A DNA stretch of 64,000 nt, taken from Octopus vulgaris (Eukaryota). The stretch is from assembly GCA_951406725.2 (NCBI GenBank), contig OX597816.1, positions 40,238,001 to 40,302,000 on the forward strand, in the 5' to 3' direction. Of this stretch, positions 1 to 12,920 are shown piece by piece. Position 1 is the first letter of the stretch. Each line of letters starts with the position of its first letter. The translations under genes were made by a program, and so were the position numbers. The notes beneath the pieces were generated by a model. The model saw only the letters and a list, made by a program, of their open reading frames with translations. It did not search any database and was not told the DNA's origin.

Positions 1-258
1 AAGGTCCACGGATTTACGTCTCTTCCTGAATTCATGTGTTGTCCATAATTCAGGTCTCGTTCATATCCTGAAATACCTTAGATCGATCTAATTAGCTAAA
101 ATAACTCTCTAACGTCATAACAAAGTAATACATCTTTAGATGAAAAGTAGATAATATAAACACACACACACACAAACACACACACAGAGGCAGACACATA
201 AACAAACGAAATACCTTGTAAAAGAGACTTATTTTCTTATCTTTTGAAGTTTCTGATT

Positions 259-426
259 TAGGCCCGAGGCCAGCCGTTTTCAGGAGATAGGACAAATCGA
301 TACCATCAACCGCAGTGCTAGACCAGTACTTTATTTCATCGAAGCCGGAAAAAGTGAGATGCAAGGTTGAATTCAGAGCCGGAACAAATACCTCCAAACG
401 TTTCCCATGCAATCTAACGGTTCTGT
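259..426 (-). mobile_element. Degenerate SINE-A copy
   Basis: Decayed reverse match to the SINE-A body (gtactttatttcatcga ... ctaacggttctg). Confidence 0.5.
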
Positions 427-587
427 AAACAGACGACAGCAACCAAAAACGACTCTCGTCTTCTGCAATTTGTCGGTCTTTGTCTTTATTAGAAGCTGTT
501 ATAACAAATCTGATAAAAGGTAATGATTGAGAAAACTCAGTCAGAATCTGTAGGAAAGGAGACGAAGATATCGATCCCATTTTGAGC

Positions 588-665
588 GAGTACAGTATAC
601 TACTACAAAAGGAGTACAGTATACTACTACAAAAGGAGTACAGTATACTACTACAAAAGGAGTAC
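588..665. repeat. Perfect 24-bp tandem repeat (GAGTACAGTATACTACTACAAAAG) x3 plus a partial unit
   Basis: Identical units at 588, 612 and 636, partial unit at 660; no spacers. Confidence 0.95.
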
Positions 666-754
666 TTGGATAGACATGACTGTTTTAGCAAAAGATTGCA
701 TTGGGGTATTAATCGAGTATGTGGCTTCAGAACAACAGAAAGAAATGGTATAAT

Positions 755-962
755 CTCTTTTACTCTCTTTTACTTGTTTCAGTCATTTGTCTGCGGCTAT
801 GCTGGAGCACCGCCTTTAGTCGAGCAAATCGACCCCAGGACTTACTCTTTGTTAGCCAAGTAGTTTTTCTATCGGTCTCTTTTGCCGAACCGCTAAGTTA
901 CGGGGACGTAAACACACCAACATCGGTTGTCAAGCGATGGTGGGGAATAAACACAGACTCAA

Positions 963-995
<33 letters not shown>

Positions 996-1171
996 CATAT
1001 ACATATTTGACGGGCTTCTTTCAGTTTTCGTCTACCAAATCCACTCACAAGGCTTTTGCTCGGCCCAACGCTATAGTAGAAGACACCTGCCCAAGGTGCC
1101 ACGAAGTGGGTTTGAATCCGGAACCATGTGGTTGTTAAGCAAGCTACTTACCACACAGCCACTTCTGCGCC
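755..1171 (-). mobile_element. SINE-B (tRNA-derived, CORE-like) with internal (CA)n/(TA)n
   Basis: Reverse of ggcgcag.agtggctgtgtggtaag head, gcaccttgggca.gtgtctt CORE-like block, 3' tail ggtgctccagcat...tgactgaaacaagtaaaaga; homologous to 13505 and 58403. Confidence 0.9.
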
Positions 1172-1571
1172 TCTCTGTACCTGAACCATAGATTCTGATA
1201 GCCATCTTTAAAAAATTAGAGAAAGTTGCGAAACATTTGTTTTTGCCGAAAGTAGTTGAAAATCAAAAATTATTTATGCGCACCCCCTGCAAAACTGGAT
1301 TGTCTGCGCAATCCAGACAATCTCAGAAGTGTAATGGTAACAAGAGAAATAAAAAAGACGAGGCCTTAGAAGGCCGAAAAGATTACAAACACTTTTCAAC
1401 TTACGGAGCAACAAATTTCCGTGACTTGATAGTATAACAGCCATAATAATAATAACAGCAACAACAACAGCAACAACAACAACAACAACAACAACAACGA
1501 CGACGACGACGACGACAACAACAACAACAACAACAGCAACAACAACAACAACAACAACAATAATAATAAGT

Positions 1572-1746
1572 AATTTCAGGGGTGGAGTAAGTCGATTACA
1601 TCGACCCCAGTGCTCAATTGATACTTATTTTAAATTCCTCGAAAGGATGACAGGCAAAATCGAGGTAAGCGGAATTCGAACTCAAAACGTAAACGCGGAC
1701 GAAAATGCCGCCAAGCATTTTTCCCCGGCGTGCTAACGATTCTGCT
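1572..1746 (-). mobile_element. SINE-A copy
   Basis: agtcgattacatcgaccccagtg ... gaattcgaactca ... gctaacgattctgc. Confidence 0.85.
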
Positions 1747-2236
1747 TGATCACTGATTTTGACAAAGGTTCGTAAAGCTTGAGGAAAGAGAGAGAGAGAG
1801 TGGAAGTCAATTACATCTACTCCAATACTCGACAAATAATTTGCGTTACCAGCTCCCGGAATGATGAAAAGGCAAATACATTTAAGCACAATATACAAAG
1901 TGACATTGATTCAGCAAATCCGATTTCCGACGATATGCTCAATAACCAAGAACAGAGAAAAAGTAAAATGATCAAGTCAGTGCGTTGGCTGCAATATCTT
2001 TTGCTATTTGTTCTAGATCTCTGCATTCTCACTTCAAATCGCATCAACGTTAAGTGGGACAAAGGATGTGTATCATCACTGCAGCCTTGTGCAATCCATT
2101 CGCCACACACACACGTACATACATACATACATAAATACATACATACAGACAGACATATACACGGAGAAAATATCTATTTAAATTAGATTTTGACAATGGC
2201 AGTATATGAAATAACGCATAAGCACAATGTTTGACA

Positions 2237-2951
<715 letters not shown>

Positions 2952-3128
2952 GCGTGTGCATTCATTTATTTATTCTCATGGATTCTTTGTCTGATGTCTG
3001 AGAATAAAGGAAATAAATAAATTAAAACAGAAAACCCATGAAAGAATAATAATGGCAAAGAAATATCTACAAAACTAAAACATATGTAACAAATAAACAA
3101 AAGATAACAAGGGGTGTACAAACGAGAC

Positions 3129-3174
<46 letters not shown>

Positions 3175-3372
3175 AGGAAAGATAGATAGAGAGAGAGAAG
3201 GGGAGAGGGAGAAGGAGAGTAAGAGAAATAAAGTTGACAACAAAACATAGGTTTTTATGAAGAGTTATTTCCTGCTCATCTGCGTATCTTGCTGGTAAAG
3301 AAATGAGCTAGGTGGCGCTGTAAGACCCCCATGAACAGTTTTTTTTTATTACATGCATACGTATGTAATATA

Positions 3373-3416
<44 letters not shown>

Positions 3417-3476
3417 ATATATATATATACACAGACCCACACATATATACATAAATACATTCATATATATATGCAT

Positions 3477-3570
<94 letters not shown>

Positions 3571-3776
3571 ACAAACACACATTCATAAGTCTGTGTATAT
3601 ATAGTCTTCCCATGACAAAGAATATGAAAAATGATATGAAACTAAAATGAAAGTAAAATGATAAAATGAGATACCAGATTACTGTAGCATAATACCCACA
3701 TGGCACATACATTGAAACTAACCGGCAGACTGAGACGCACATGCATACACAGGCGTTACGCACACACACACAAACA

Positions 3777-3816
<40 letters not shown>

Positions 3817-4097
3817 TACTCTCACGCACACTCAGAAACTCATACATGTATTGGCACCGGTAACTGTTGCGTTGCTTCAAACAGAAACATATACACGCAA
3901 ATGTTTCTTAGATACTTACGAACATGGGCTGAGGTATGGCTGCCACTTCAGTTGCTGGCCGCCAAAGGGAGAATAAGTCGCCCATTCTGAACGTAGACTG
4001 GGCTGGAAGCGCGACTTAGTCCTTCGTCTCTCGTGCTACGAATATAGTGAGGACTTCGGCAGCAGGATTTTGTATAGCCGACAAGGCGATGTTCTAG

Positions 4098-4230
4098 ACC
4101 AGCGTTCTCAGTCATGGTCCATATGACCCTTGGAGGGCCGTATAAGATTTTGCAGTTAAAAATTATGTGCATTAAATTGGTAATACTTCTGCAATATACA
4201 AAATTGTTTAACAATTGTTTTTACACAATT
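4098..4230. mobile_element. Probable hAT (Charlie-like) MITE end
   Basis: cagcgttctca...ggtccatatgaccct.ggagggccgtataagattt resembles a CAGTGGTTCTCAA-type hAT terminus; no partner end found. Confidence 0.4.
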
Positions 4231-4588
4231 CCTAATAATAATAATAATATATATATATATATATATATAATATAATAGAATTTTTTAAATATCGAATAGC
4301 TATGGAGGTCCTGTTGAGTAAAATGGGAATGAAGCAGAGTCCATAGGCAAAAAGTGGTAGACAACTACTGTGCTTGAAGGGTATGGCGGCCAAGTGAAAG
4401 ATTTGTACTATCTGACAACGGGTGGGCATCAACTAACAAGTGAGCTTCTCCTGCGGAGCAGCCTCATCGTCGTGTTCTTGTGCACCTTTTGGTATTTGAC
4501 ATGAAGGTCTAGAGAGGTAGTCTGGCATGGGGCCTGTTCACTGACAAAATTCCGGGCAGCACAAATACTATCCACTGTAGTGGATAGA

Positions 4589-4790
4589 ATGGATGTGATT
4601 TCACTCTACCCATCAATAGTATGGATGTGATTTCACTCTACCCAGCTATAGACATAGATTTTGCTGTGGAGAAATGCATTCAGGTAATCCGTGAGAGTGA
4701 GGTGGAATTCCGTAAGGTCAACACGAGGGAACTGGGCCTCCTCCTCAGACTATGCTATGACAGTAACTATTTAGATGACCACTGTCCATC
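4589..4790 (+). pseudogene. Reverse-transcriptase fragment, probably PLE
   Basis: MDVISLYPAID matches the PLE RT DV.SLY(T/P).I motif; followed by a degenerate HHR motif. Confidence 0.6.
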
Positions 4791-4803
4791 TACTCCTCAT
4801 TTC

Positions 4804-4845
4804 GAGTAATTGACAACGATATGAAGCTTCGAAAGGCTGTTGCTC
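4804..4845 (+). ncRNA. Degenerate minimal type-I hammerhead motif
   Basis: Stem I GAGTAA/TTGCTC; core TTGACAA (U3-A8); GAAA present; triplet CTG is not NUH; weak stem II. Confidence 0.4.
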
Positions 4846-5027
4846 CAACGAACCAAAATAAAATTTGGGATTTGCGGAGGATCGACAACTGATGAAGGGT
4901 CTTCTTTAAGTTACTTGTCTTGTTTTCCATTTGTTTCTCTCGCTGTTCACATACTCAAGTTTGTCTTCGTATTTCATGTTGTTTACGTTATGTGACGTCC
5001 TGTACACATATATGCATATATATATTT

Positions 5028-5519
5028 ATAATTAATAATATCAAAGGGTAATCAGAAATATTAGAAATTTCTACTTGTGGCCTAGCGTGTAAAAATTTAG
5101 TCAATAGACTATATATATTATTCATATAAATACGGTGTACATTTAAACACATAAGAGGCTCCCATCATAGGACTCCTTGCATGCTAGAGAGAACAGTTAA
5201 ATTCCAAACCACTATTAGGGATGAAATTTCGAAGAGAATGAAAAATATAAACATTTACCCTCTAACTCCTGGACCAATTGTTTCAGACTTGTTTTAGCAA
5301 ATAAAATAATTTGCTAGGCGAAGTCTTCTTCAGCAGGTACACCTTAGATTAAATATATATATATACACGAGGCAATCCAGTATAAACTCCGTGCTTATAC
5401 ATTCTAACTTGTCAAATCTACCGCGCAAGCGCAGCTCCTCCTCGGCAGTAAATAAAAATTCTGGCTTTTCAATTCGAAAATTATCCAGAAAAAAATTATC
5501 AATTGATATTATTAATTAT
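5028..5519 (-). mobile_element. PLE pseudo-LTR-like remnant carrying the HHR
   Basis: Contains the HHR; 17-bp inverted ends ataattaataatatcaa (5028-5044) and ttgatattattaattat (5503-5519). Confidence 0.5.
5268..5337 (-). ncRNA. Type-I hammerhead ribozyme motif with intact core
   Basis: Minus strand: CCTG CTGAAGA AGACTT-cgcc-TAGCAAAT-tatttt-ATTTGCTA-aaac-AAGTCT GAAA CAATTG GTC CAGG; GUC triplet. Confidence 0.8.
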
Positions 5520-6056
5520 TATATTATTGATATCATTAATTATATATACATGCACGCACGTCTAGCGTTTTACTGAATCTGAAAAATTGAAGCTATTACT
5601 CCGGGCTTTCATACGGCCGATCATCAGACAGAAGTGAGCTTTCGAAACAGTATATTAGCTTACAAATGTTCACACAACGATAACTATTTTGAAAAGAAAC
5701 ATGAAATAAACGTTTAAGATTGATTAGACGGAGTTATGACATTACAAAATCAATGAAATATGTTGGATAATACGGTTGACCGTCGAGGAAAAAAACAATA
5801 CAAGCATTAAAAACGAGTGAAATGAAGTTGAATAAAAGAGGATAAATCGAATAGCATTCCATTAGTATGAGTAAGAGTACTAATAATATTTTGAGTAAAA
5901 GAATAAAACAATTCGAACAAAAGCCATTTTATAAATTAAGAATTTACGGAAAATGTACAGAACAAGTTATAAAGAAGAATAAGATTAAACCAACGGGTGA
6001 ATGAGGTATTACGAATGTATAAATAAAGTTGTATAAGACAAAAGAAAGAAAAGGTA

Positions 6057-6129
<73 letters not shown>

Positions 6130-6424
6130 TACACACACATACACGCACGCACGTGTATTAATGTTTGACTTTTGATGTCGAGTTATAATAAAACAATTTT
6201 ACTTTAAACTGAAGGATTACTTAATACGTTTTGAAGAATACATATCTATTATAGATTTATAAGAAGAGTGGCGACAGCAACTTCGAAATGGCAGCCTGCT
6301 AGTCTTTATCAGACTTTATGTATGTATGTATGTATGTATGTATGTATGTATGTATGTATGTCTTATGTACGTATGTATATCTTTATATCTATATATCTGA
6401 GTCTATGTCTGTATCTCTATATAT

Positions 6425-6632
6425 GATTAATGAGAGACAGAAGATGAAAAATATGAAAATCTTTACTGATCACTACAATTGTTTTCACCCATCTAGCATC
6501 GATTCCTTACAGGTGGAATATTGAACCTGTGGTTTAGATGTATCTGTCGGTGTCGATGTGTCTCCTCAGGTGATTTCAAAGGGTATCCCCTTAAAATAAA
6601 TTTTGTTGTGTAAGACTTCTTCTTGGTCCTCG
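6425..6632 (-). mobile_element. PLE pseudo-LTR-like copy with a partly decayed HHR (6469-6574)
   Basis: Inverted homolog of 7054-7264; CTGAGGA core retained, stem II closure damaged (gggtgaaaa vs gggtcgaaa). Confidence 0.75.
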
Positions 6633-6635
6633 TAT

Positions 6636-6708
<73 letters not shown>

Positions 6709-7053
6709 GATAGGAGATCCATAAGAAATATCAGATACAAAAAGAAACACATATACAATACAGCGAAAAGAGTATTAGATATAAATGTTAGTAAATATGG
6801 ATGTATAAACGCTCAAACATACGTAGTCTGGTGCATATACAGTCACACGTACAAACGTACACGCACATACAAACACACATACACACGCGTGGTTTGGCTC
6901 ACATACGCTCGTTCACAGAATTAAATATATATCAATGATGCCATTACCTTCTATTTACTAGAAATACGACTCCGCTTGGTGAGGATTCTGGCTGGTATAC
7001 TTATAACAGTTGCACAGTCATAAATACAGAATTACATCATTAGCAAGACTAAA

Positions 7054-7264
7054 GAAGACCAAGAAGAAATCTTGTGAAACAAAGTTTATTTTAACAAGAT
7101 GCCTCTTGAAATTACCTGAGGAGACACATCTACACCGACTGATACACTTAAACCAAATATTCAGTTTTCCCACCCGCGCGGGATTGATACTAGATGGGTC
7201 GAAACAATTGTAGTGATCAATAAAGATTCTCGTATCTTCCATCTTCCGTCTCTCTTATTAATCA
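7054..7264 (+). mobile_element. PLE pseudo-LTR-like copy
   Basis: Inverted homolog of 6425-6632; contains an intact HHR. Confidence 0.75.
7111..7217 (+). ncRNA. Type-I hammerhead ribozyme motif with intact core and large loop II
   Basis: ATTAC CTGAGGA GAC-a-CATCTA ...58 nt... TAGATG-g-GTC GAAA CAATTG TA GTGAT; GUA triplet; palindromic stem III. Confidence 0.8.
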
Positions 7265-7341
7265 AATTACCAACGAACACCGAGCTACTGAACGTGCTTT
7301 AGCGGCAAAGTGCCTGGTGTATACCATACGAATATTTAACT

Positions 7342-7376
<35 letters not shown>

Positions 7377-7400
7377 TAATAATAATAATAATAATAATAA

Positions 7401-7477
<77 letters not shown>

Positions 7478-7507
7478 GTCTGTCAGTCTGTCTGTCTATT
7501 TTTTGTA

Positions 7508-7746
7508 TTACTCGTTTCAGTCATTTCACTGCGGCCACGTTGGAGCACCGCCTTTAGACAAACAAATTGACCCCAGGACTTATTCTTTGTAAGCTTAGTA
7601 CTTATTCTACTGGTGTCTTTTGCCGAGCCGCTAAGTTACAGGGACGTAAACACACCAACATCGGCTGTCAAGGTGCCACGCAGTGGGACTGAACCCAGAA
7701 ACATGTGGTTGGGAAGCAAGCTTCTTGCCACACAGCCACTCCTGCG
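7508..7746 (-). mobile_element. SINE-B copy with internal deletion
   Basis: Head and tail joined at CAAG; microsatellite-containing middle is missing. Confidence 0.9.
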
Positions 7747-8090
7747 TTTATTTATAATATGCACAAAACACCGTGAAGTAGAATGATAGAAATTATTTCA
7801 AATATGAGAAACTCTTTTTGATGGGACATGAAATTATAAGTATCAGATAACTTTTATGGTTTCAATATGTGGAAAATAAGATGAGGGGAGACTTCTGACA
7901 GATCGTTACACAGTTCATTGACCTGTCATCAAAGGAGACGCATCTGATTATCTTTCTCACTTGAGTGCACACAATGTTAAAACCACTGAGTAAACCAGTC
8001 AAGACATATTCCATTATTGTTGTGAGTAGCTTAATTTTCATAGGTGTTTTAGATGAATCGTCAATAAATAAACGATATTTATTTCATGTA

Positions 8091-9043
8091 GAACACAGCG
8101 TAAATAAGAATGTTTGGAATAAATGTAAGTATTAGAAAGGCGAAAAGCCTTTTGACCGCGATGGTAAAATGTAAGAATGTGATATTTTTCTACTTTCTTT
8201 TCATTGCAGCTATAAACTTTTCGAAAATAGATCGAAATTATTCTCATGCACTTGCTTATCTCCCTTTGTTTTCACTCTTTTGTTACGGTCTATGGAAATT
8301 CGGTCATTTATTCATTCGTTCAATATATTTGGAAGCACTCCGTCGGTTACGACGACGAGGATTCCGGTTGATCCGAATCAACGGAACAGCCTGCTCGTGA
8401 AATTAACGTGTAAGTGGCTGAGCACTCCACAGACACGTGTACTCTTAACGTAGTTCTCGGGGATATTCAGCGTGACACAGAGAGTGACAAGGCCGGCCCT
8501 TTGAAATACAGGTACAACAGAAACAGGAAGTAAGAGTGAGAGAAAGTTGTGGTGAAAGAGTACAGCAGGGATCACCACCATCCCCTGCCGGACCCTCGTG
8601 GAGCTTTAGGTGTTTTCGCTCAATAAACACTCACAACGCCCGGTCTGGGAATCGAAACCGCGATCCTACGACCACGTGTTCGCTGCCCTAACCACTGGGC
8701 CATTGCGCCTCCACTTTAGTATATTTACAATTGTGTTGAACGAAAAGAAGTCAATTATTAGAATACAGCGTAAATAAGAATGTTTGGAATAAATTTAAGT
8801 ATTAGAAAGGCTTAAAGCCTTTTGACCGCGATGGTAAAATGTAAGAATGTAATATTTTTCTACTTTCTTTTCATTGCAGCTTTAAACTCTTCGAACGATC
8901 AAAAGACAGACCGAAATTATTCTCATGCACTTGCTTATCTCCCTTTGTTTTCACTCTTTTGTCACGGTCTATGGAAATTCAGTCTTTTATTCATTCGTTC
9001 AGTATATTTACAATTGTGTTGGACGAAAAGAAGTCAATTATTA
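8091..9043. repeat. About 280-bp tandem duplication, first copy interrupted by a SINE-C
   Basis: 8091-8330 plus 8715-8760 aligns to 8761-9043. Confidence 0.9.
8331..8714 (-). mobile_element. SINE-C (tRNA-derived), full length, about 12-bp TSD
   Basis: Reverse of ggaggcgcaatggcccagtggttag (A-box) ... gtttcgattcc (B-box); TSD ttcaatatattt/tttagtatattt. Confidence 0.9.
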
Positions 9044-9310
9044 AACAATGAGAAAATCTTAAGAAGTGGAATATCCGTTAATATAAACTATTTACATTTT
9101 TGCTCATGTTTTCGATATCAAATCTCTGGAATAATTTAATTTGTAATTATGCTTATAATATATTTCACAAATAAAGTGCTTTTAAAATTGCAACTTGATG
9201 GCTTTTAAAGCCATTTTCTTCTTATTTTTCTCTAAAATATTTCAAAATGTTATGACATTAGGCCTTTTCAGTTATCCATCTTCAAATTTTCCATATTGTA
9301 ATATCTCACA

Positions 9311-9352
<42 letters not shown>

Positions 9353-9980
9353 CACACACACCGCACGAATGCACATAAATACACACACACACACACACAC
9401 ACAGACTTGTTTCTGTCGTTTCATTCCTGTACTACTTAGCGTTTACCTTAGACTCGAATAAACACACCGTACTACATATTTGAGTACTTTTTCTCTCATG
9501 TATACATACACACATACACACATACACAGACGTATGTATTCCCTTGTTTATGCGTATGATGCGTAAGTATATGCATTGGGAACAGCGTCTCTTATAAATT
9601 CGTAGTTCTGTAAACCTGTCTGCACTGCAATATATAAACTCCGTTATTAATGATTTTATTTCATATCTTCATTTTAATCTTAATCTCTTGCTTTGAACAA
9701 TAAATCTCTTAGGTCTATCTACGTTCCAAAACAATCACGGTCTTATCTTATTGTTGAAATTATTATAGTGGAAATGATTAAACCTGGTTTCAGTTCAAAC
9801 GAGAATCATGGAAACGTTCTTTTGTTAACTTCATATTAGTTATTAAGCGGTCTTTAAATTATCTGTAAGCTGACATCACGTTGCTTTGTGTATTAAAGGA
9901 ACAGTTTGGTCATAGTCTCTGATGTTAGATTGTTGCATGGATACAGTAGTAATAGTCGTATTAGTATTACGATTATTATT

Positions 9981-10398
9981 AAGGCGGTGAGCTGGCAGAA
10001 ACTTTAGCACGCTGGGAGAAATGTTTAGCAGTATTTCGTCTGCCGTTACGTTCTAAGTTCAAATTCTGTCGAGGTCGACTTTGCCTTTCATCCTTTCGGG
10101 GTCGATAAATTAAGTACCAGTTACGTACTGGGGTCGATATAATCGACTTAATCCGTCTGTCTGTCCTTGTTTGTCCTTGTTTGTCCTCTCTGTGTTTAGC
10201 CCCTTTTGAGTAGTAAAGAAATAGCTACTTCGTCTGCCGCTACGTTCTGAGTTCAAATTCCGCCGAGGTCGACTTTGCCTTTCATCCTTTCGGGGTCGAT
10301 TAAATTAAGTACCAGTTCCGCACTGGGGTCGATAAAGTCGACTTAATCCGTTTGTCTGTCCTTGTTTGTCCCCTCCTTGTGAACAGTAAAGAAATAAG
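9981..10398 (+). mobile_element. SINE-A with two tandem 3' modules
   Basis: ggcggtgagctggcagaa A-box-like, gttcaaattc B-box, gcctttcatcctttcggggtcgataaattaagtaccag body repeated twice. Confidence 0.9.
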
Positions 10399-10712
10399 AA
10401 TCGTTAGCACTCCTAACGATACGCTTACAACTTTCCGTTCTGAGTTCGAATTATACGGAAGTCGACTTTATCTTTCGTCCTTTCGGGATCAAGCACTCCC
10501 AATTTTTTTCAGGCATCCAGGTTTTAGTAAAAAGGATTATTATTAGTATCAGTAATAGTTGTAGTAGTATATATGTTGGAGATACAGTTTTACGTTATAT
10601 TTTAATATCAATATAACTTCTTTTGTTTTGCATGAAACTTTATACTTCACCGATAAAATCAAAATTATAGCAAAACATACCTGGCGTCGTCGCCCATATT
10701 TTCTGTGAAATA

Positions 10713-11088
10713 ACTGCGGCCATGCTGGAGCACCGCCTTTAGTCGAGCAAATCGACTCCCAGGACTTATCCTTTGTACGCGTAGTACTTATTCTATCGGT
10801 CTCTTTTGCCGAACCGGTAAGTTACGGGGACGTAAACACACCAGCATCGGTTGTCAAGCGATGTTGGGGGGACAAACACAAACACAAATACACACACACA
10901 CACACACACATATGTATATACATATATATACGACAGGCTTCTTTAAATTTCAGTCTACCAAATCCACTCACAAGGCTTTGGTCGCCCCGGGGCTATAGTA
11001 GAAGACACTTGCCCAAGGTGCCACGCAGTGGGACTGAACCCGGAACCATGAGGTTGGTAAGCAAACTACTTACCATGCAGCCACTCCT
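10713..11088 (-). mobile_element. SINE-B copy
   Basis: Homologous to 755-1171. Confidence 0.9.
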
Positions 11089-11404
11089 TTCTTCACTGGA
11101 CAATAGTTACTAAGTGGACACTTTATATATCCTGGCTTGGTTATCCTTCATTCTTTGATATATTTTTAAATTTCAAGTAACAATAAGGAGAAAGTTTGCT
11201 TTAATAATTCATTTTATAGATAATACTGTGTAACAAAAACATCTATTTTTGTCTTTGGTTAGTAAATGTTACTTCCTATTTGCTTCTATATAGAAATCAA
11301 AGGAAATGACTACTATTCTGTTCAAACCTTGCTTTTGTAACCTGGACATCAATGTATTGAATCTGCCCTATATTCTATTACATTTCAGCTGAAGCAGAAA
11401 TATC

Positions 11405-11685
11405 GTTATAACAAATATTCTGCTCATTACCACAGATTTGCTTTTCAGTTGCTTGACCATAACCACTTGAACATGTCCCTTAGTGGCTGACAATATGTGC
11501 ATCTCTAATCACGAGCAGGAGTCATGGAGTATTGGCTATTCACTGTTATCAAATCTTGTCTGTGTTTTCCTCCCTCAAGTTTTGTTGCTTCTGAATTGTC
11601 ATCAATTGTCTCAGCGGTGGTGCCCCAGCATGGCCGCGGCCTTCGGGCTAAATCATTTAAAAAGATTTTAAGGATTTTAAGGAAT
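11405..11685 (+). mobile_element. Chimeric repeat: module shared with 62422-62539 plus a SINE-B-type 3' tail
   Basis: caaatattctgctca.taccaca...tcacgagcag shared; ends ggtgccccagcatggccgc...taaaagattttaagga. Confidence 0.65.
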
Positions 11686-11744
11686 GCTTCTGTAATTTTG
11701 ATTTCTTTTCCTTGGTAGTGGTGTAGGCCCTAAGGAAACCCATT

Positions 11745-11880
11745 TTTACCCATGGGAAAAGGCGGCTAATGTCTGTCCTTTGATCTGTCCAGCATGGGAG
11801 ACCTTACCAAGAGCTTGTGTCCTATTGGCACAGCTCCCAGTCTCATTAATGCATACAAGCCTCATACTGCAACAAGGACT
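11745..11880 (-). mobile_element. Probable RTE (Expander/Rex3-type) LINE 5' UTR remnant
   Basis: Reverse reads aatgagactgggagctgtgcc...ggtaaggtctcccatgctggacagatcaaagg, recalled as typical of RTE 5' ends. Confidence 0.45.
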
Positions 11881-12753
11881 GAGCTATGCGGCAAACCACT
11901 CTAGACCGAAACATCTATTAATCACCGCGTGAAAATGAAAAGCAAAGTTCACCGATCCAGGATTTGAACTCATCGCGCAAAACCCCGAAATAACTACCAC
12001 AATGTATTTTTCTTAATGCTCAAACAATTCATCCGATTTGCCTCTGTAGTTGATCGGAATATTTCAATTTACTACTTTACATGTGTGAAGTCCAACTATA
12101 TATGTAGTCTTTGATAGTTATTAGAGTTTTCTAATTAGTTTTGTGTTCTGTTTTGTAATGTAGTTAGCGACATTGGCTCTTTGTTGTGGATACAAGGTCA
12201 GGCGGCGATAAAATCTTGTACTCGTATGTCCAATGTAATAATTAGAGTCACGGAGTTTACATCTTTTAATCTTTACAGCTTATTTGTACATTACATGAGT
12301 CAAATGGAGTTTATTCACATGCTTGTAGGCTTGTAGCTTGTTGCTGATACAAAGATTTTCCCCCTTGTAATTTTCTTGTTCGTACAATATATTATTAATG
12401 ATAATTCACGAATAGATTTTTGTGGTATACTGTGTGTTCTGTTTAATCAGTCTCATGATGACGTATTCATCTGTTTCATAGCCTAGCTACATCAGGTTCA
12501 TGCAATAAATTTTATGTCTGGTGTGTTGGCTTGACCGGGGGGAATGTGTCTCACGTAATTATTGCATTAAATATGTTTCTGTATTGATGTATAATATAGT
12601 CTGGTAGTTAATCTGGCAATCTGCTATTAACTGATGTTTGTTTTATCTTATTAATTAATAAATTTAATTGCGTCGTGCCTGTTGCTTTATTAAGTTCGAT
12701 GACCGATTTAAATGAATATAAATATGATTATAAACATTCAGTAATGAATGTTT

Positions 12754-12823
<70 letters not shown>

Positions 12824-12920
12824 TCACATACACGCACACAGGTTTACATTATATTGTTGGACTTTGCAGGCCAAATATATTAACAAATTACCCCATATAT
12901 GATATGACATCATCATTATT

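Noticed and set aside
588-665. Repeat array as CRISPR
   Set aside because: Units are contiguous with no spacers; no cas genes; eukaryotic context
5593-5631. Additional minus-strand HHR (CTGATGA...GAAA)
   Set aside because: Core and stem I are present but stems II and III do not close; at best a decayed copy, not counted
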